A stretch of DNA of 63,384 nt, counting the filler, from Olpidium bornovanus S191 (taxonomy: Eukaryota; Fungi; Olpidiomycota): assembly GCA_017911155.1 (NCBI GenBank). It is 23 parts of 23 records of this genome, joined end to end, with 100 filler letters (N's around TTAATTAATTAA, not from the genome) between each part and the next. Parts side by side here need not be neighbours in the genome. Positions count along the whole stretch, not along the records: positions 12,892 to 16,468 come from JAEFCI010006205.1; positions 16,569 to 19,002 come from JAEFCI010012469.1; positions 19,103 to 20,567 come from JAEFCI010013098.1; positions 20,668 to 22,411 come from JAEFCI010012611.1; positions 22,512 to 27,278 come from JAEFCI010001811.1; 18 more parts are not named here. One strand, written 5' to 3'. How positions within the stretch are numbered: the stretch's first letter is position 1; every line of letters begins with the position of its first letter. Positions 12,929 through 24,172 of the stretch are shown piece by piece. A program made the translations under genes and the position numbers. Below the pieces are notes generated by a model that did no database searches, was not told where the DNA came from, and saw only the letters and a list, made by a program, of their open reading frames with translations.

Positions 12929-13926
12929 CGACGTCAAGCTGGGCACGGCGCTGCCGCCGGCGGGGCGGGCGCGGAACCTCCAGTGGGCGTCGGCCACGTG
13001 CCCGCTGGCCTGGGGCGCGCACGGCCTGTGGGGCGCCGACCGCTCTTACGGCCTCCCGGGGCGCCGGCTCGTGAGTTCCCCCCCCGGCCTTTCTGCTGCG
13101 GCCGGTTTTTTTTTTTTTTTTTTTTTTTTCCGCGCGTTTGCGAGAGAAGGGGGGGGGGGAGGGAAGCGGTGCGCGTCGGCGATTTTGGGCTCCGAGCAAA
13201 AATTATTCTTTTTTTTTGTTTTCCGGGAAAACCCAAAAATAAAAAAAAACCTTAACCGCCTCCCGGTCTTTTCCCCGCCCCTCCTTTTGCCGTCGTCTCT
13301 CCCTCTTCACCGCGCTCCCGCACGCGCGCGCGCGCGCCCTCCTGGATATTCTCGGGACCGGCAATTTTCGACAAAAAAAAAAAAGTACACGTCGACCGCG
13401 AGAAGGGGCGACCTCCTCGTGGCCGGCACCGCGGAGGGGAGCCTCGTCGTCACAAACTGGCCCGCGTTACCGGACGTAAGCACGCAGGGAGGGGGGGGGG
13501 GTTCGCGGGACCGGGCAGGACCCTTTCCTCTCCCCGCCACTATTCTGTCCGAGAAGAGAAAATGAAGAAAGAAAAGGGAGCCGGCAGGGGAGACGCTCAG
13601 GTTTCTTTCTTTCCTTTTTTATTTTTTTTTTTAATTTTTTTATTTTTTTTTATTTTTACCTCGGCCCATTTTTTTTTGTTACAACCGCACAGCCGCCGAA
13701 ACTGGTGCACCACGGCCACAGCTCGGCGGTCAGCAACCTGCGGTTCGCCGACTGCGGCGACGAAGCGTGCCTGTTCTCCCTGGGGTCGCTGGACGGGTGC
13801 ATCTTCAAGTGGCGGGGGGCCGGCGCCGCCGCCGCCGCCGCGAGCCCGGGCGGCGGACCGGGGGCTCCATCGCCCGCGGCCGAGCCAGAAAGCCTCCCCC
13901 GAGCGGGCGCCGCGCTTCCCGTGTAG
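12927..13926 (+). CDS. EMAP/EML-like WD40 (TAPE domain) protein, C-terminal exons (about 12927-13070, 13385-13475, 13693-13926)
   Basis: LQWASATCPLAWGAHGLW, DLLVAGTAEGSLVVTNWPA and HGHSSAVSNLRF...LFSLGSLDGCIFKW resemble, in order, the EML motifs WAxxTCxLGFxVxGIW, LLATGDDFGxVxLFxYP and GHSSHVTNVRF. Confidence 0.7.
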
Positions 13927-13991
13927 CTCGGTTTTGCCGGCCCCGCGCCCCGAAACGTCCCCCGAGCGACGGGGTCCTCCGGCGCCCGAAA

Positions 13992-14012
13992 AGAGAGAGA
14001 GAGAGAGAGAGA
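13992..14012. repeat. (GA)n microsatellite
   Basis: Perfect GA run. Confidence 0.85.
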
Positions 14013-15755
14013 AAAGAAAAAAAACCGCCGGACCGCGCTTTCGCTCGGCTCGCCCAGGCAAAGAAAAAAAAAAATTTCCGGCGGGCCTTTCGAGAGCTCC
14101 CTCTCGAGCGAGCCGCCCCCGGTTCCCGCCGAAAACAATTCTTTTTTTTTTTTTGGCCACATCCCTCGCGCGCTCGCCGCGCCTTTTTCGCGGCCAGCTC
14201 GGAAGCGGGGCTCGTTGTCGACGGGGGGTCGGTTTCGCAATGGGGTGCCCCAAGCCGGCCTGGCGAGGTGGGGGGAAGGGTGAGGTGCGTTCCGCAAAGG
14301 GCGACACGGCCGTCACGGCCCAGACACGAGATACTGCGCGGCCGTTCCAAAACCCGTCTCTGCGTACGGAGAGAGACCGGGAGAACCCACGCCCGAATGC
14401 ATGTATCCCCAACTTCGAAGTGAGGCCATCTCGGCGTAGACCGGTCGCAGGACCGCAGGAAGGGCGTGGGCACTGATAAGACGGGCGCATCTGGTTTTAG
14501 CACAGAACATAGCGGCGCGCGCGGAGGCCACGGTTGGCGCGTCGCGCTTACGTTCCTCCTCAGAGTTCTGTGAAAAAAAATTGGTTGGCAGGAAATGATG
14601 ATATGCCGGCAAGCAACGACAAACAACGCACCGTTTATGTTGTATTTTGGAGCCGAGAAGAGAGCGCCACCGGAGTTCGTCACGGAGACGAGGAGAGAGA
14701 CCGTACGAAAAGCCCTTTATTCGTTTGTATTTGAGCTATCTACACCAGGTTTCTTCTCTATAACAGCCCGATAGGGATTCTACTGCTAGGGTAGAGGTGG
14801 TCGGAGCACGTAGTGTCCCTCCCCCAGGCTTCCCCCCCCCCCTTCCCGCGCCAATTGCCGCTCTGTTGCCGGGGGTTTTTTTCTTTTCCCGGGAAACAAC
14901 AAGAGTTGTAGGAGGGAGCTTGTCAAACACTTCCAAGTGGTGCTCCCTGGGCAAACGAGTCTCTGCGCTCGCAAAACCGGCCGAGTCCGACGTTCTGAGA
15001 AACCGCAGAGCGCAACCGTCCCGTTCCGCGTCCTCAGGCACAACTTTCCGTTACGTTGCCCGTCACCCGTAAATATCCCGAATCTCTCCGCGCATCCGTC
15101 TTCGCGCCGCGGGATGAGTTTTTTTTTCTTTCGAGGGAATGGGCATTTGCCGGTTTCTTCCCCTTTTTCTCCCAAAAGAAAAAACGCTTGCCAACGAGAA
15201 ATGGCCACACACGCTTAGACAACGACGATCACCAAAATTGGAGGTTTTCCGCTAAGACTGCGAGCAGCCGGCGGGGCGCCGAGCGACGAAGAGTGGTCTA
15301 TGCGTGATCAAAGCCGAAGAGTGCAGTGAAACAAAAAGGGAGGATGTGAAAAGAGGGGGGGGGGGTGAGTTTCACGCAAAATAAAGAAAGCCAAAAAAAC
15401 CTCCCGCAGCTAAGTCTACATGTCTCCAAACCTGTCTCGAAAAATGTGCCGCGGAACGCAGTGATTTAAAGTGGAGGGTCATTATTTTGCACACAGAGTA
15501 TAAATAAAACAACGGAAGGGGTTTTGAAAAAGCGCAAATCGAGTTTCCGGTCGGGATAGGGGGGGAGGGGGGGGTGCGGGCGACTGGCTTTGCGGGGAAC
15601 AAACGACCGGTTTTTTCTCCACTTCTGTCCCGAGTTTCCGCTGCCCGCGCCGCCTGGGAAATCGCCCCCCGCGTATTGGCAATCCCGATCGACACTGCCG
15701 CCGGCAGGGGTTAAGGCGGTGGCGCGCCGCCCGGTTCGGCATTTTGCAAAATTAC

Positions 15756-16468
15756 CGGATGTTCCGCGTGCACGACATAATGATCTCGTTCGTCAGCCGC
15801 GCAATCTCCGGATCGGATTGCTGTTAAGAGCGCGAAAGAATACGGTGCGTCAGGGCATCCGGGTGCCAACGCAAACGCGCGCTTTTTGCTGGAAGTCGTG
15901 CAAGTGTAAACAGCGGGCGCTCCCCTCCCGCCCCCAATAAAAAAAAAACTCACCGGAACCTGAATATCCAGAAACGTCACGCTCGTGTTGAGTTTCATCG
16001 CGGCGGCCAGAGCCATCACCCCTCCGACGGAAAGGCCGTCGTTCCCAGAAAGATCCAGCCTTTTCAGCCGCGTCGTTTCTGGAAGAGCTTCTGCAATGCA
16101 GATCACTCCTTTTTCGGCGACACAACGAGCAAAAATGGTAGGAGCACCAGGCAGGAAATGAGAAATTCGTAAATTTTCTGAATTTCAACGGTGCCGCAAG
16201 ATGTCCAAAGTGGTTTTACCCCACCTTGGTCGTCCAGGTGGGTTTTTGCGAGGCCGAGCTCGGAAACGCCGTTGTTCGATGTAAACATCTTGTTGATGGC
16301 CATCACCTGAACAGGAACAAAAGGCGCGCGCACGTTTAAGATGTTTGAGAAAAAGGGCGCGCTCAATGTTAGAATTATAGGGCATTCGTTAACTACTCAA
16401 CTCCATCCATCGTCGGCGCCGAAACGTTGTTCCCGCTCAGGTCCAAAACCTTGAGAGTGAGGTTCATG
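15756..16468 (-). CDS. RNI-like leucine-rich-repeat protein, MHP1/PPP1R37-like (internal exons)
   Basis: NLTLKVLDLSGN, GVICIAEALPETTRLKRLDLSGN.LSVGGVMALAAAMKLNTSVTFLDIQVP|QSDPEIARLTNEIIMSCTRN resemble the fungal Mhp1-like pattern AEFLPE...LDL.IP...ARxxxxIxxSCxRN. Confidence 0.7.
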
Positions 16469-18125
16469 NNNNNNNNNNNNNNNNNNNNNNNNNNNNNNNN
16501 NNNNNNNNNNNNTTAATTAATTAANNNNNNNNNNNNNNNNNNNNNNNNNNNNNNNNNNNNNNNNNNNNCATGATTGAACCTTGCGGTCGTCCGTGAACGG
16601 AGATAATTGGTCGCCATGTTGAAACTAGAACAAACGCGCGACTCTCGTCTCGAGCCCACCTAGAGCAGTGTCAATGCGTGCGTTCGAATCTATAGGAGTA
16701 TTATCACACGGTTCGACAATGAGGAGAACGGACAAATGATTGAATCAATATGCAGTCTTTTATCAATCTTTTCTCCCGCCTTTGTTGGCGGCTCCGGACT
16801 TCCGGCCATGTTTAACGGAGCCGTCTCCACGACGTCTCCCCGGAAAGGCTTCTTCCCTACGCAGCCGATGCCGCGGCCAATTCTGCCGTTGTCGCTTCCG
16901 CATACCCTCGGCTTTTTAACCGTCGCCGCACGGAGCTTTTCCACGGGCTTCATCACCTTAGCGCGCAGGGCCGTCGGCTCTGCCCACTGTTCCATGTAAA
17001 AAATGGGCGTACGGGTGTCCTTCAGCTCGACATGGAAGCTTCTTCAAGCACTCTTGTACAATTCGATCTTCGAGTGCATGGTATGAGCGCTCTCTTGAAG
17101 AGTCCAGCCAATGCGCGGGCACGAGCGCTCACTGCCAGCGGAAACAGCCTCGGTTCCCCCTAGTGTTCTGTCTGGGTGGCATGCCAAAATACGCCTTCGC
17201 GGCGCCCGACGCCGTGGCCTTCGCGCCAGCGATCGCCCGCCCCGCCCTCGCTCACGCGGGTCATTGACGCGAAACTCCGAATCTGTCCGCTCGCTGCAGG
17301 TACAGCAGCAGCAGCATCTAGCCCAGCCGTCCCAGCAACGTGTGCTGATGTGACGCGGATCTCCACTATACGGGGAAGCGCTGAGCGCGACATCCGCAGT
17401 GAGGTGCCGGACTGTGACAGTTCCTGCCGCGTCCTTTGCGTTGCACAGCGGCAGGGTCGGCCCAGCCGGGGCGAAACGTTTTGGGCCGCTTGGCCGTGGG
17501 GGCTCTTGGCGCAGAAAGTTGTGCGGCGCGCAGCTGCGAGCGCGGCTGCGTTCGGGACCCGGCAACCGGGGCTACCCCATGCCCGCCGCGTCGGAGACGA
17601 GAGTCGTCGTTCGGGCGGCGCGGCCGACCCGAACGCTGCCGCGGCGGCCGCCGGCGATGCGATCGTCGCCACGGCTGTCGGAGAGGAGGAGAAGCGAGCG
17701 GCAGAAGCAGCAGGTGACGGAGAAGGAGAGGAAGGGGCGCAAGGAAAGAAGCAATGGAAGTTCGGGCGGACGATCCCGCCGGAAGGAGGCCGCCCCGCCA
17801 ACGCCTGCCAACGGCGGGTCCGCTTCTGCTCGCGATGCCCGAGCCGAAAGCAGAAGAGCTCACCGCGCGTCAGTCGCAGAGGGGACGCGGTCCGGGTGAG
17901 TCGTGTCCGGGAGTCGGTCGTGTTTCGCGTCGGTCGGGCTCCGCCGCGGCAGATTCTCCACATCAAGCCCGGCCGCGACGGGAGCCCGCCGCGCAGAGGA
18001 AGACGGCCCTCCGCTGAACCTTCGTACGAACGGCGCGGGACCCCGAAAAAAGTGCAGAGATCCCCCCCCGCGCGCGTCGGCGTCCGCGAAAGCCGAGCTC
18101 AAAGGCGGGGGCGGCGGCGGCGAAT

Positions 18126-19002
18126 TTGCCAAGGAAAACGCCTGGTTCCACCAGGACGCGGCTGGTCCCCGTGCTCCAACCTCCTGCATTTCCACCAGAG
18201 ACCGATCTCGGGGGCGAGCCATCTCTCGGATACCTCCGCCAAAAGTCGCGGGACCGCCTGAAGTTTGCTTTCGACTCCATTTGCGAGCGCTACGGTCGCG
18301 ATTTTGGCGAGGATTGCGACGAGATCGACCTCGCCACCGGCCGGCTAGTCGTGGACAGGGGCTTCGTCCGCAGCGCACCTGCGAACGTGGTCGGGACCCT
18401 GGCTAGGTTCATCGGTGTCGATGGGAAGCCGGTCGCAAGCAGTGGCGTTATCGAAACGGGGTCAACCAGCAACCGCCCGGTTGAAGCTGACGGATTCGCG
18501 GACAGCGACGGGGAGGTTGGAAACGGTGAACAGGAGGAAGGAACCTCAGACGACCATGACAGCTCGTACGAGGTGTACGACGAAGACGATTTCGAGTCCC
18601 TTATGACCTTAGCAGACGCGAAGCGGAGGCTCATTGAAGCTAGGAAAGACCGGCTGCAGGGGTCAGATATTGTGCTCCCGTGCATCAGGAACCTCCATGA
18701 GTTCGCCCCAGAAGCGGTGGCGGAGCACGTGCCGTCAAATCAGGGCCAGCAGCAAACCAAGGAATCACAGCCGGCCAACCCTGCGCCTTTTGATGCGAAG
18801 GCACTGCATGGACGTGAAGACGGCGTTAGTGAAACCTCCCCTCCCACCGAAGGCGCCAGCACGAGTCGCCTGCCTCAGGAGCATGGTAGAACCGAACTGC
18901 AATGCACACCAAGCAATTTTGGCGAAGGCTCGCCGAACGGCGTCACCGCTGAGGTGCTTGATTCCTCTGGACTTCCGGCTAAGCCGCTTTCCGTTAACGA
19001 TC
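18126..19002 (+). CDS. SCM3: Centromeric histone (CENP-A) chaperone Scm3/HJURP-domain protein (start uncertain, 3'-truncated)
   Basis: LRQKSRDRLKFAFDSICERYGRDFGEDCDEIDLATGRLVVDRG matches the Scm3 consensus LKxxFxxIxxKYxxD...DEIDLxTGxxVxDxG, followed by an acidic disordered tail. Confidence 0.85.
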
Positions 19003-19252
19003 NNNNNNNNNNNNNNNNNNNNNNNNNNNNNNNNNNNNNNNNNNNNTTAATTAATTAANNNNNNNNNNNNNNNNNNNNNNNNNNNNNNNNNNNNNNNNNN
19101 NNAAGATCTTTTGACGCTGAGACTTGACAGTCGAAGAAACGCTTGTGCTGACCGAGCTTCCGGCTTGAGAGCAAAAGTAGCAGGTTCTTCGGTGTGGTTG
19201 ATTCTTACATCCTGTCGAATCAGCGGGGTGGATGTGGTGTGAACTTTGTTCA

Positions 19253-19505
19253 CTTCGATTTTGATTTTCCCTTATTACTTCGATTTTATTCTGTTTTGAT
19301 TTTGATTGAACTTTGGTCGATTTCGATTTGTGAACTTTGTTCGCTTCTATTTTGATTTATTTCGTTTCAATTTCGACTTTATTTTGTTTCGATTTTGATT
19401 GTACTTTATTCGATTCGATTTCATTCTATTCCAGTTCGATTCTGTAGCCTTCGATTTGAGTCTGTCCCTTTCGCGTCGCCCGTCTATTGCTTCTCGATTT
19501 CGATT
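19253..19505. repeat. Degenerate 5-6-nt tandem array (TTCGA/TTTCGA with TTTGA and TTCAA variants)
   Basis: About 250 bp of near-continuous T-rich units around a CGA core. Confidence 0.8.
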
Positions 19506-20034
19506 TACGCGTGGCGATAGTTTACGCGTTCGGCGGCTGTACGCAGATAGATTTTCTTCCCCCCCGAGCTCGAACGCACCAAACGAACGAAACCGAACGT
19601 AGAATCGAACGTAATAAAAGCAACGAACTCGCGATCTTCTCAAAGGAAACTCGGGCCATCGAGTGCTCGTTTTCCGCACCTCAGCGCGTGCTCGACAGCG
19701 GAGAAGTTCCTTGCCGCCCAGCAGCGATAGAGCCTCGGGCTATCCTCAACAGCAACCTGCGAACTCACGTTGGGTTGAGTTAATACCCAACACCGCACTA
19801 CGCGCGTCTCTTATAGAGTACACCGGGTCACGTGCGCTATCGAGGAGGGGGGGGAACGCGCCCGAGTGCGACCCGAATCGATGGTAAGCGAGGGTCTACA
19901 AATCGAAGCGGGGCGGTGCGAATCTATCGCCGACACCGGGCTGTCAGAATTTTGTGTTGACTTCGGCGTGGCTGTCCGCCGGCGCACATATTTGCCGCGT
20001 GGATTCCGTCACGGCTTTCCTGCCAAAGCTTGCG

Positions 20035-20412
20035 CACACAACTTTGTGCTGCACACTTTTCCCGACACAACTTTTGCCGACACAAATTTCCACGACACAG
20101 ACACACTTTTTCCGACACAACTTTTCCCGACACCCTTTTCCCGTCACCCCTTTCCCAGCACCCTTTTCCCAACACCCTTTTCCTGACACCCTTTTCCCGA
20201 CACACTTTTCCCAATGCACATTTCCCAACACACTTTTCCCAACGCACTTCTCCCGACACAGTTTTCCCGAGGCGCTTTTTCCGACACACTTTTCCCAACG
20301 CACTTTCTCTGACACTTTTCCCGACACGTTTCCACGTTACAACTTCCCGGCACACCTTTTCTCGCCACACGCTGTCATGATTTTCCGGCACAACTTCTCC
20401 TCACAACTTTCC
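20035..20412. repeat. 14-bp minisatellite, consensus CACACTTTTCCCGA, more than 20 diverged units
   Basis: Head-to-tail units such as cacccttttcccga, cacacttttcccaa, cgcacttctcccga; no spacers. Confidence 0.9.
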
Positions 20413-20714
20413 GTTCCGGAAAGTGGGAGAGGTGTTGCAGGCGTATGGAAAGGGGGGGGGGGGGGTATGGATATTGCCAAGATACGGGCGTGCACACACA
20501 AGAGTGTGTTGACGGACGCACGAAGGCCGGTGTGGCCGGTGTGTGCCCCCCTGGAAATTCCCGTGTGNNNNNNNNNNNNNNNNNNNNNNNNNNNNNNNNN
20601 NNNNNNNNNNNTTAATTAATTAANNNNNNNNNNNNNNNNNNNNNNNNNNNNNNNNNNNNNNNNNNNNGAGGCGCGGCTGATAGCATTGGGGCGATCAAAG
20701 GAGAGGGAACGTAC

Positions 20715-21192
20715 ATAAGATTTTTGCAAACATTCGAGGCGGCGGACAACATCTTGCACGGTCGCAAAATGCGGGCCAGACACCATGACAAGCTGCACGT
20801 CACGTAGCAGATGACAGTAAACCTTCGGTCGCCACGGTATTACTAACGGTTGCTCCCAAAGGCTTCCATACCCGAGGATCGTCCCGGTCAATTTCAATTT
20901 CGACGCCTGTCTCCGCCCGAAGGTCGCGCAGCTTGTCGACCGCGCCGGGGACGACGGGCGGCAGGTGCTCTGGACCGTAATTATTCACAATGTCCGCCAG
21001 GTTACGGATGCGCCTGTCGAGGCAGAAGAGAGACATCTCCTGCGGTTGGGGCTCTTCCGACCATTTCGTGTCCTCCTCATCGGAATCTCCGGGGAGCTTC
21101 GCCTGCGCCTCCTTCGGCTTTGCCGCCTTAGGTTTCTTTGTCAACTTCTTTTCGGGAAGTTTCAATGCGCGCGTTCGGAAGTTGTCTTTTCC
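20715..21192 (-). CDS. Spliced hypothetical protein with a KH-like segment (exons 21192-20872 and 20792-20715; further exons likely upstream)
   Basis: Phase-0 GT-AG splicing yields VVPGAVDKLRDLRAETGVEIEIDRDDPR|LVMVSGPHFATVQDVVRRLECLQKSY, which has type-I KH spacing but no canonical GxxG. Confidence 0.45.
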
Positions 21193-21705
21193 CTGGGAAA
21201 AAATGGGCAGAGGCGACTCAGCATCGGCGAGCCGCGGAGTCCGGTATCTTTCCGCATCCCAGCAAAACTCGTACGAGCAGACGGAGGAGGCTAGTGATTT
21301 CGACGCGCCTGCAACCACGACAGTTGCTGTAATCAGCCTTCCACAGGCGTAAAAACCGACAGGATCGTCAAACCGGTCAAACCGAACTCACGCCTGCTCA
21401 AGTTCGTCCCTTGCGTATCCGAGAACACGGACACACTCACGTGAAGGAACGAAACCGCATTCGGTATTGGTGGCCTCCGATATCCGCCTGCGCCGTCGTA
21501 CAAGTATCAGTCACCGGGTTATACACCGAGTGTGGTCGAGATAGCAACACACGTTCCGACCGACGGCAAAGACGGAAAAACGCCACGTGCGGCAAAACAA
21601 ACCGCACGACGTTAAAACTCACTGGAGTTCGGTCTCAAGCTCGGCGACCTCCTGTATGAACGTAAACGGGTGCTGAATGACGAGACGGACTGGAAAGACC
21701 GGTGA

Positions 21706-21747
21706 GTTAATCGAACGTCGTAAGTTCGAATCTCGCCGGTGACGCCA
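21706..21747 (+). pseudogene. 3' half of tRNA-Asn(GTT) with genomic CCA; PBS-like on the minus strand
   Basis: GTT-AA-TCGAA-CGTC-GTAAG-TTCGAAT-CTCGC-CGGTGAC-G-CCA has correct spacing from anticodon through T-arm, acceptor strand, G73 and CCA; no 5' half upstream. Confidence 0.7.
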
Positions 21748-23635
21748 AAAGGGGCACACGTGTAAAGGCAGCCGCCCGACAATTTAGGTGGCCAAAAGTC
21801 CCACTTCCTCTTGACCGCCTAAGACCAGCACGACTGAGGAAGCGGGGCAGGGGCACGTCCCAGAACGAATACGCAGCAAACGAGCGGGCACTCAGCGGAG
21901 GCGAACGACTCACGCTGTGGCGGCCCGGCGTCTCCTCCGTTAACGCCGCCGCCCGCAGACCCTCCTATGCGGCTTCCCCGCGACGGATCCTCGTTGTCGG
22001 CTTGCGCGCCCATTTCCGCACGAAAACCCGCGTCGACGCGGGGAGGGGAGGGTTCTTGGGGGTTGCGCCGCAAGCGCGCGGATGGAGGAGAGGGCTGGAC
22101 CAGCCGCCGCGCGCCTCGAGAGGAAGGGAAGAGGGGAAGGGAGGTGGCCTTTTTACCTCAGAGCCGGGGGCGCACGTGGCCGCACGTGGTTGACTTCCCA
22201 CGAGAGTTTTTCACCCGAATAAGGGTTCCCACGGAGTACCCTTGTTTGTGGCCTCCTGAGGGGGTACTCCTGGTGTCCAAATCCAAAGTGTCATGCAACT
22301 AACTTGTAACGAGCGAAGAAGCGAAGCACGTAATCTGCGCGTAGCGCTGTCTGGAATTGTATTCGCCGTTCTAGCTCTGGGTCTGAATTCTGGGTTCTGG
22401 AAATCTAGCTANNNNNNNNNNNNNNNNNNNNNNNNNNNNNNNNNNNNNNNNNNNNTTAATTAATTAANNNNNNNNNNNNNNNNNNNNNNNNNNNNNNNNN
22501 NNNNNNNNNNNCATGCCGTTCGGGCGACGATTTTTTGTGAAGGACGTGTGCGCGCGTGTGTGTGAGCGTGCGCACGCTCACCTCCCGGGCACGCGCGACC
22601 CCGCGTTTTCCATTTAACGGAAAAAAAAAAGCAAACTCGTCGAACTGCGGAGTTCCGACGCGGACGTCCAATGCGTCGTGGAGGCGTTCAAAGCGCGGCT
22701 GCAAAGGGAGGCCGCGGGTGCCGCCACGGGGGAGGGTTTGGAGCCGCCGCCGGAAGCATCCGCCGTCGGCAGGGAGCAGCGCGCCGCCGTGATTTCGGAG
22801 AACGCCCAAAGTGTTTCCGCCTTCTTGGAATGAATTCTTTCCGAAGGGGGGGAATTTCTCCCCGGCTCCGCTTCCCCTTCCCTCCGCAACACGCTCCGCA
22901 CCCTTTGTTTTACAATTCGCCAAAAAAAACATACACGCGTATGCTTTTGTTGTTGCGGGGCTGGGGCGGGGGGACGTCAAGCCGGACTGGGCCCTCATCT
23001 TCCTGGAGGTGTTGGTGGTGGGGCCCCGGGAAAACCGGGCAACGCGTCAGGGGGTGTTGCCGTGCAGAAGGCCGTTTTGACGAAAAGTGCGTGTTTGGAC
23101 GACCAAAAAGAATTTGACGCGCAAAACAGGAGGGGCGATTGCCCAGCAGTCACCGCAAACGTGACGCCCATCCCGAGGGCAAAAAAAAGGAATAACGGAT
23201 ATATTTCACGACCCTTCCAACAAAAAAGTTTCGCGCTAATCCGCGCAAATCCCGCACAAAGTTCCGGTGCTGAAAAAAATTCTTGCGAAATTCTACCCCG
23301 CCACGCCCAACTCACAGGCGGCCTCTGCGCGCTCCGCACTTCCCCATGGGGTCCCGCCCTGCGTTCTGTTGATTTTCTTTTTTTTGCTTTTCTTTTTTTT
23401 GGGGCTTTTTTTCCTTCTTTTGGCACGGCACGAAGGAACACGTTTCGAGCACGTTTTGAACAAGTTTGGAACAGGCGACCCTCGCCGGAGACCACCACAC
23501 CCGGTTCTGATTACTCCGCAACGCGCCAAGCCGTGCATGAGAGACGGTCAGCTAGGCAACGCGCGGGACAGAAACCCTCTGCTCCCCACCCCCGCCTCCC
23601 TCCTCCTCTTCAACTAGACTAAGCACGATGCCCAC

Positions 23636-23729
23636 GTTGGCTGCGATGTACTTGAGGATCTTGTAATGCGTCAGAACGGACACTACCAGCTCCTTTCCCG
23701 CGGTCGGATCGATGTCCACAACGGGAAGC
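23636..23729 (-). CDS. SNF4: Exon of AMPK gamma subunit (CBS domain)
   Basis: AG|(R)LPVVDIDPTAGKELVVSVLTHYKILKYIAAN|GT matches Snf4 RIPLIDxDxxTxxExVVSVLTQYRILKFVAxN; flanking exons not resolved. Confidence 0.65.
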
Positions 23730-24172
23730 CTGTGACACCGCGAATTTAGCCTGGTTTACGCGATCGTCGAATCCAATTTTTTTGGGGGGTTTTTTTTGGG
23801 AAGCCCCCGCATTCGGGCTCTGCGGGAAGGGTGGGCGGGGCGCCCTATGATTGGCCGGAAGGATTCATCACAGGCGGCGCGGTTTGATTCGCGGGCGGCA
23901 CGCCATTATCGACTGCGCGCGCCAGCCAATCGAACTGCCCCGCACTGGAGCGTCGCGGAGCCCGGAGGAGACGACGGCCAGGCCGGCGGACGCAGCCAAC
24001 GGGCACGCGCCCCGCTGTCATAAAAAGCGAGCTGCCGGACGCGCTTCTTCGTCCTTTCCTCACCTTCCCCCAACGCCCCGTTAATTTTTATCCTTTTTTT
24101 TTTCCTTTTTTTTTTTCGTTGGGTGTCGCTTCCGCGCTTCTCTCCGCCGACGCCGACGCCGTCGCCCGCAAA

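Noticed and set aside
16468-16572. CATG on both sides of a gap as a true junction or TSD
   Set aside because: Joining the two contigs does not extend the LRR reading frame sensibly, so they are probably not neighbours.
18126-20412. SCM3 next to satellite arrays as a centromere hint
   Set aside because: They are separated by a spacer, and a chaperone gene's location says nothing about centromere position.
20035-20412. 14-bp array as CRISPR or telomere
   Set aside because: No spacers; units are too degenerate and internal, and do not match a TTAGGG-type repeat.
20800-21318. ORF as retrotransposon gag or as bacterial DnaE-like (DRDDPRVW)
   Set aside because: The VW residues fall in an intron (GTATGG donor); splicing gives a KH-like peptide instead, and no gag or polymerase motifs are present.
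21411-21659. HGHTH..IRYWWP as a gypsy integrase zinc-binding motif
   Set aside because: No correctly spaced CxxC or downstream DDE region, and it overlaps a likely spliced gene on the other strand.
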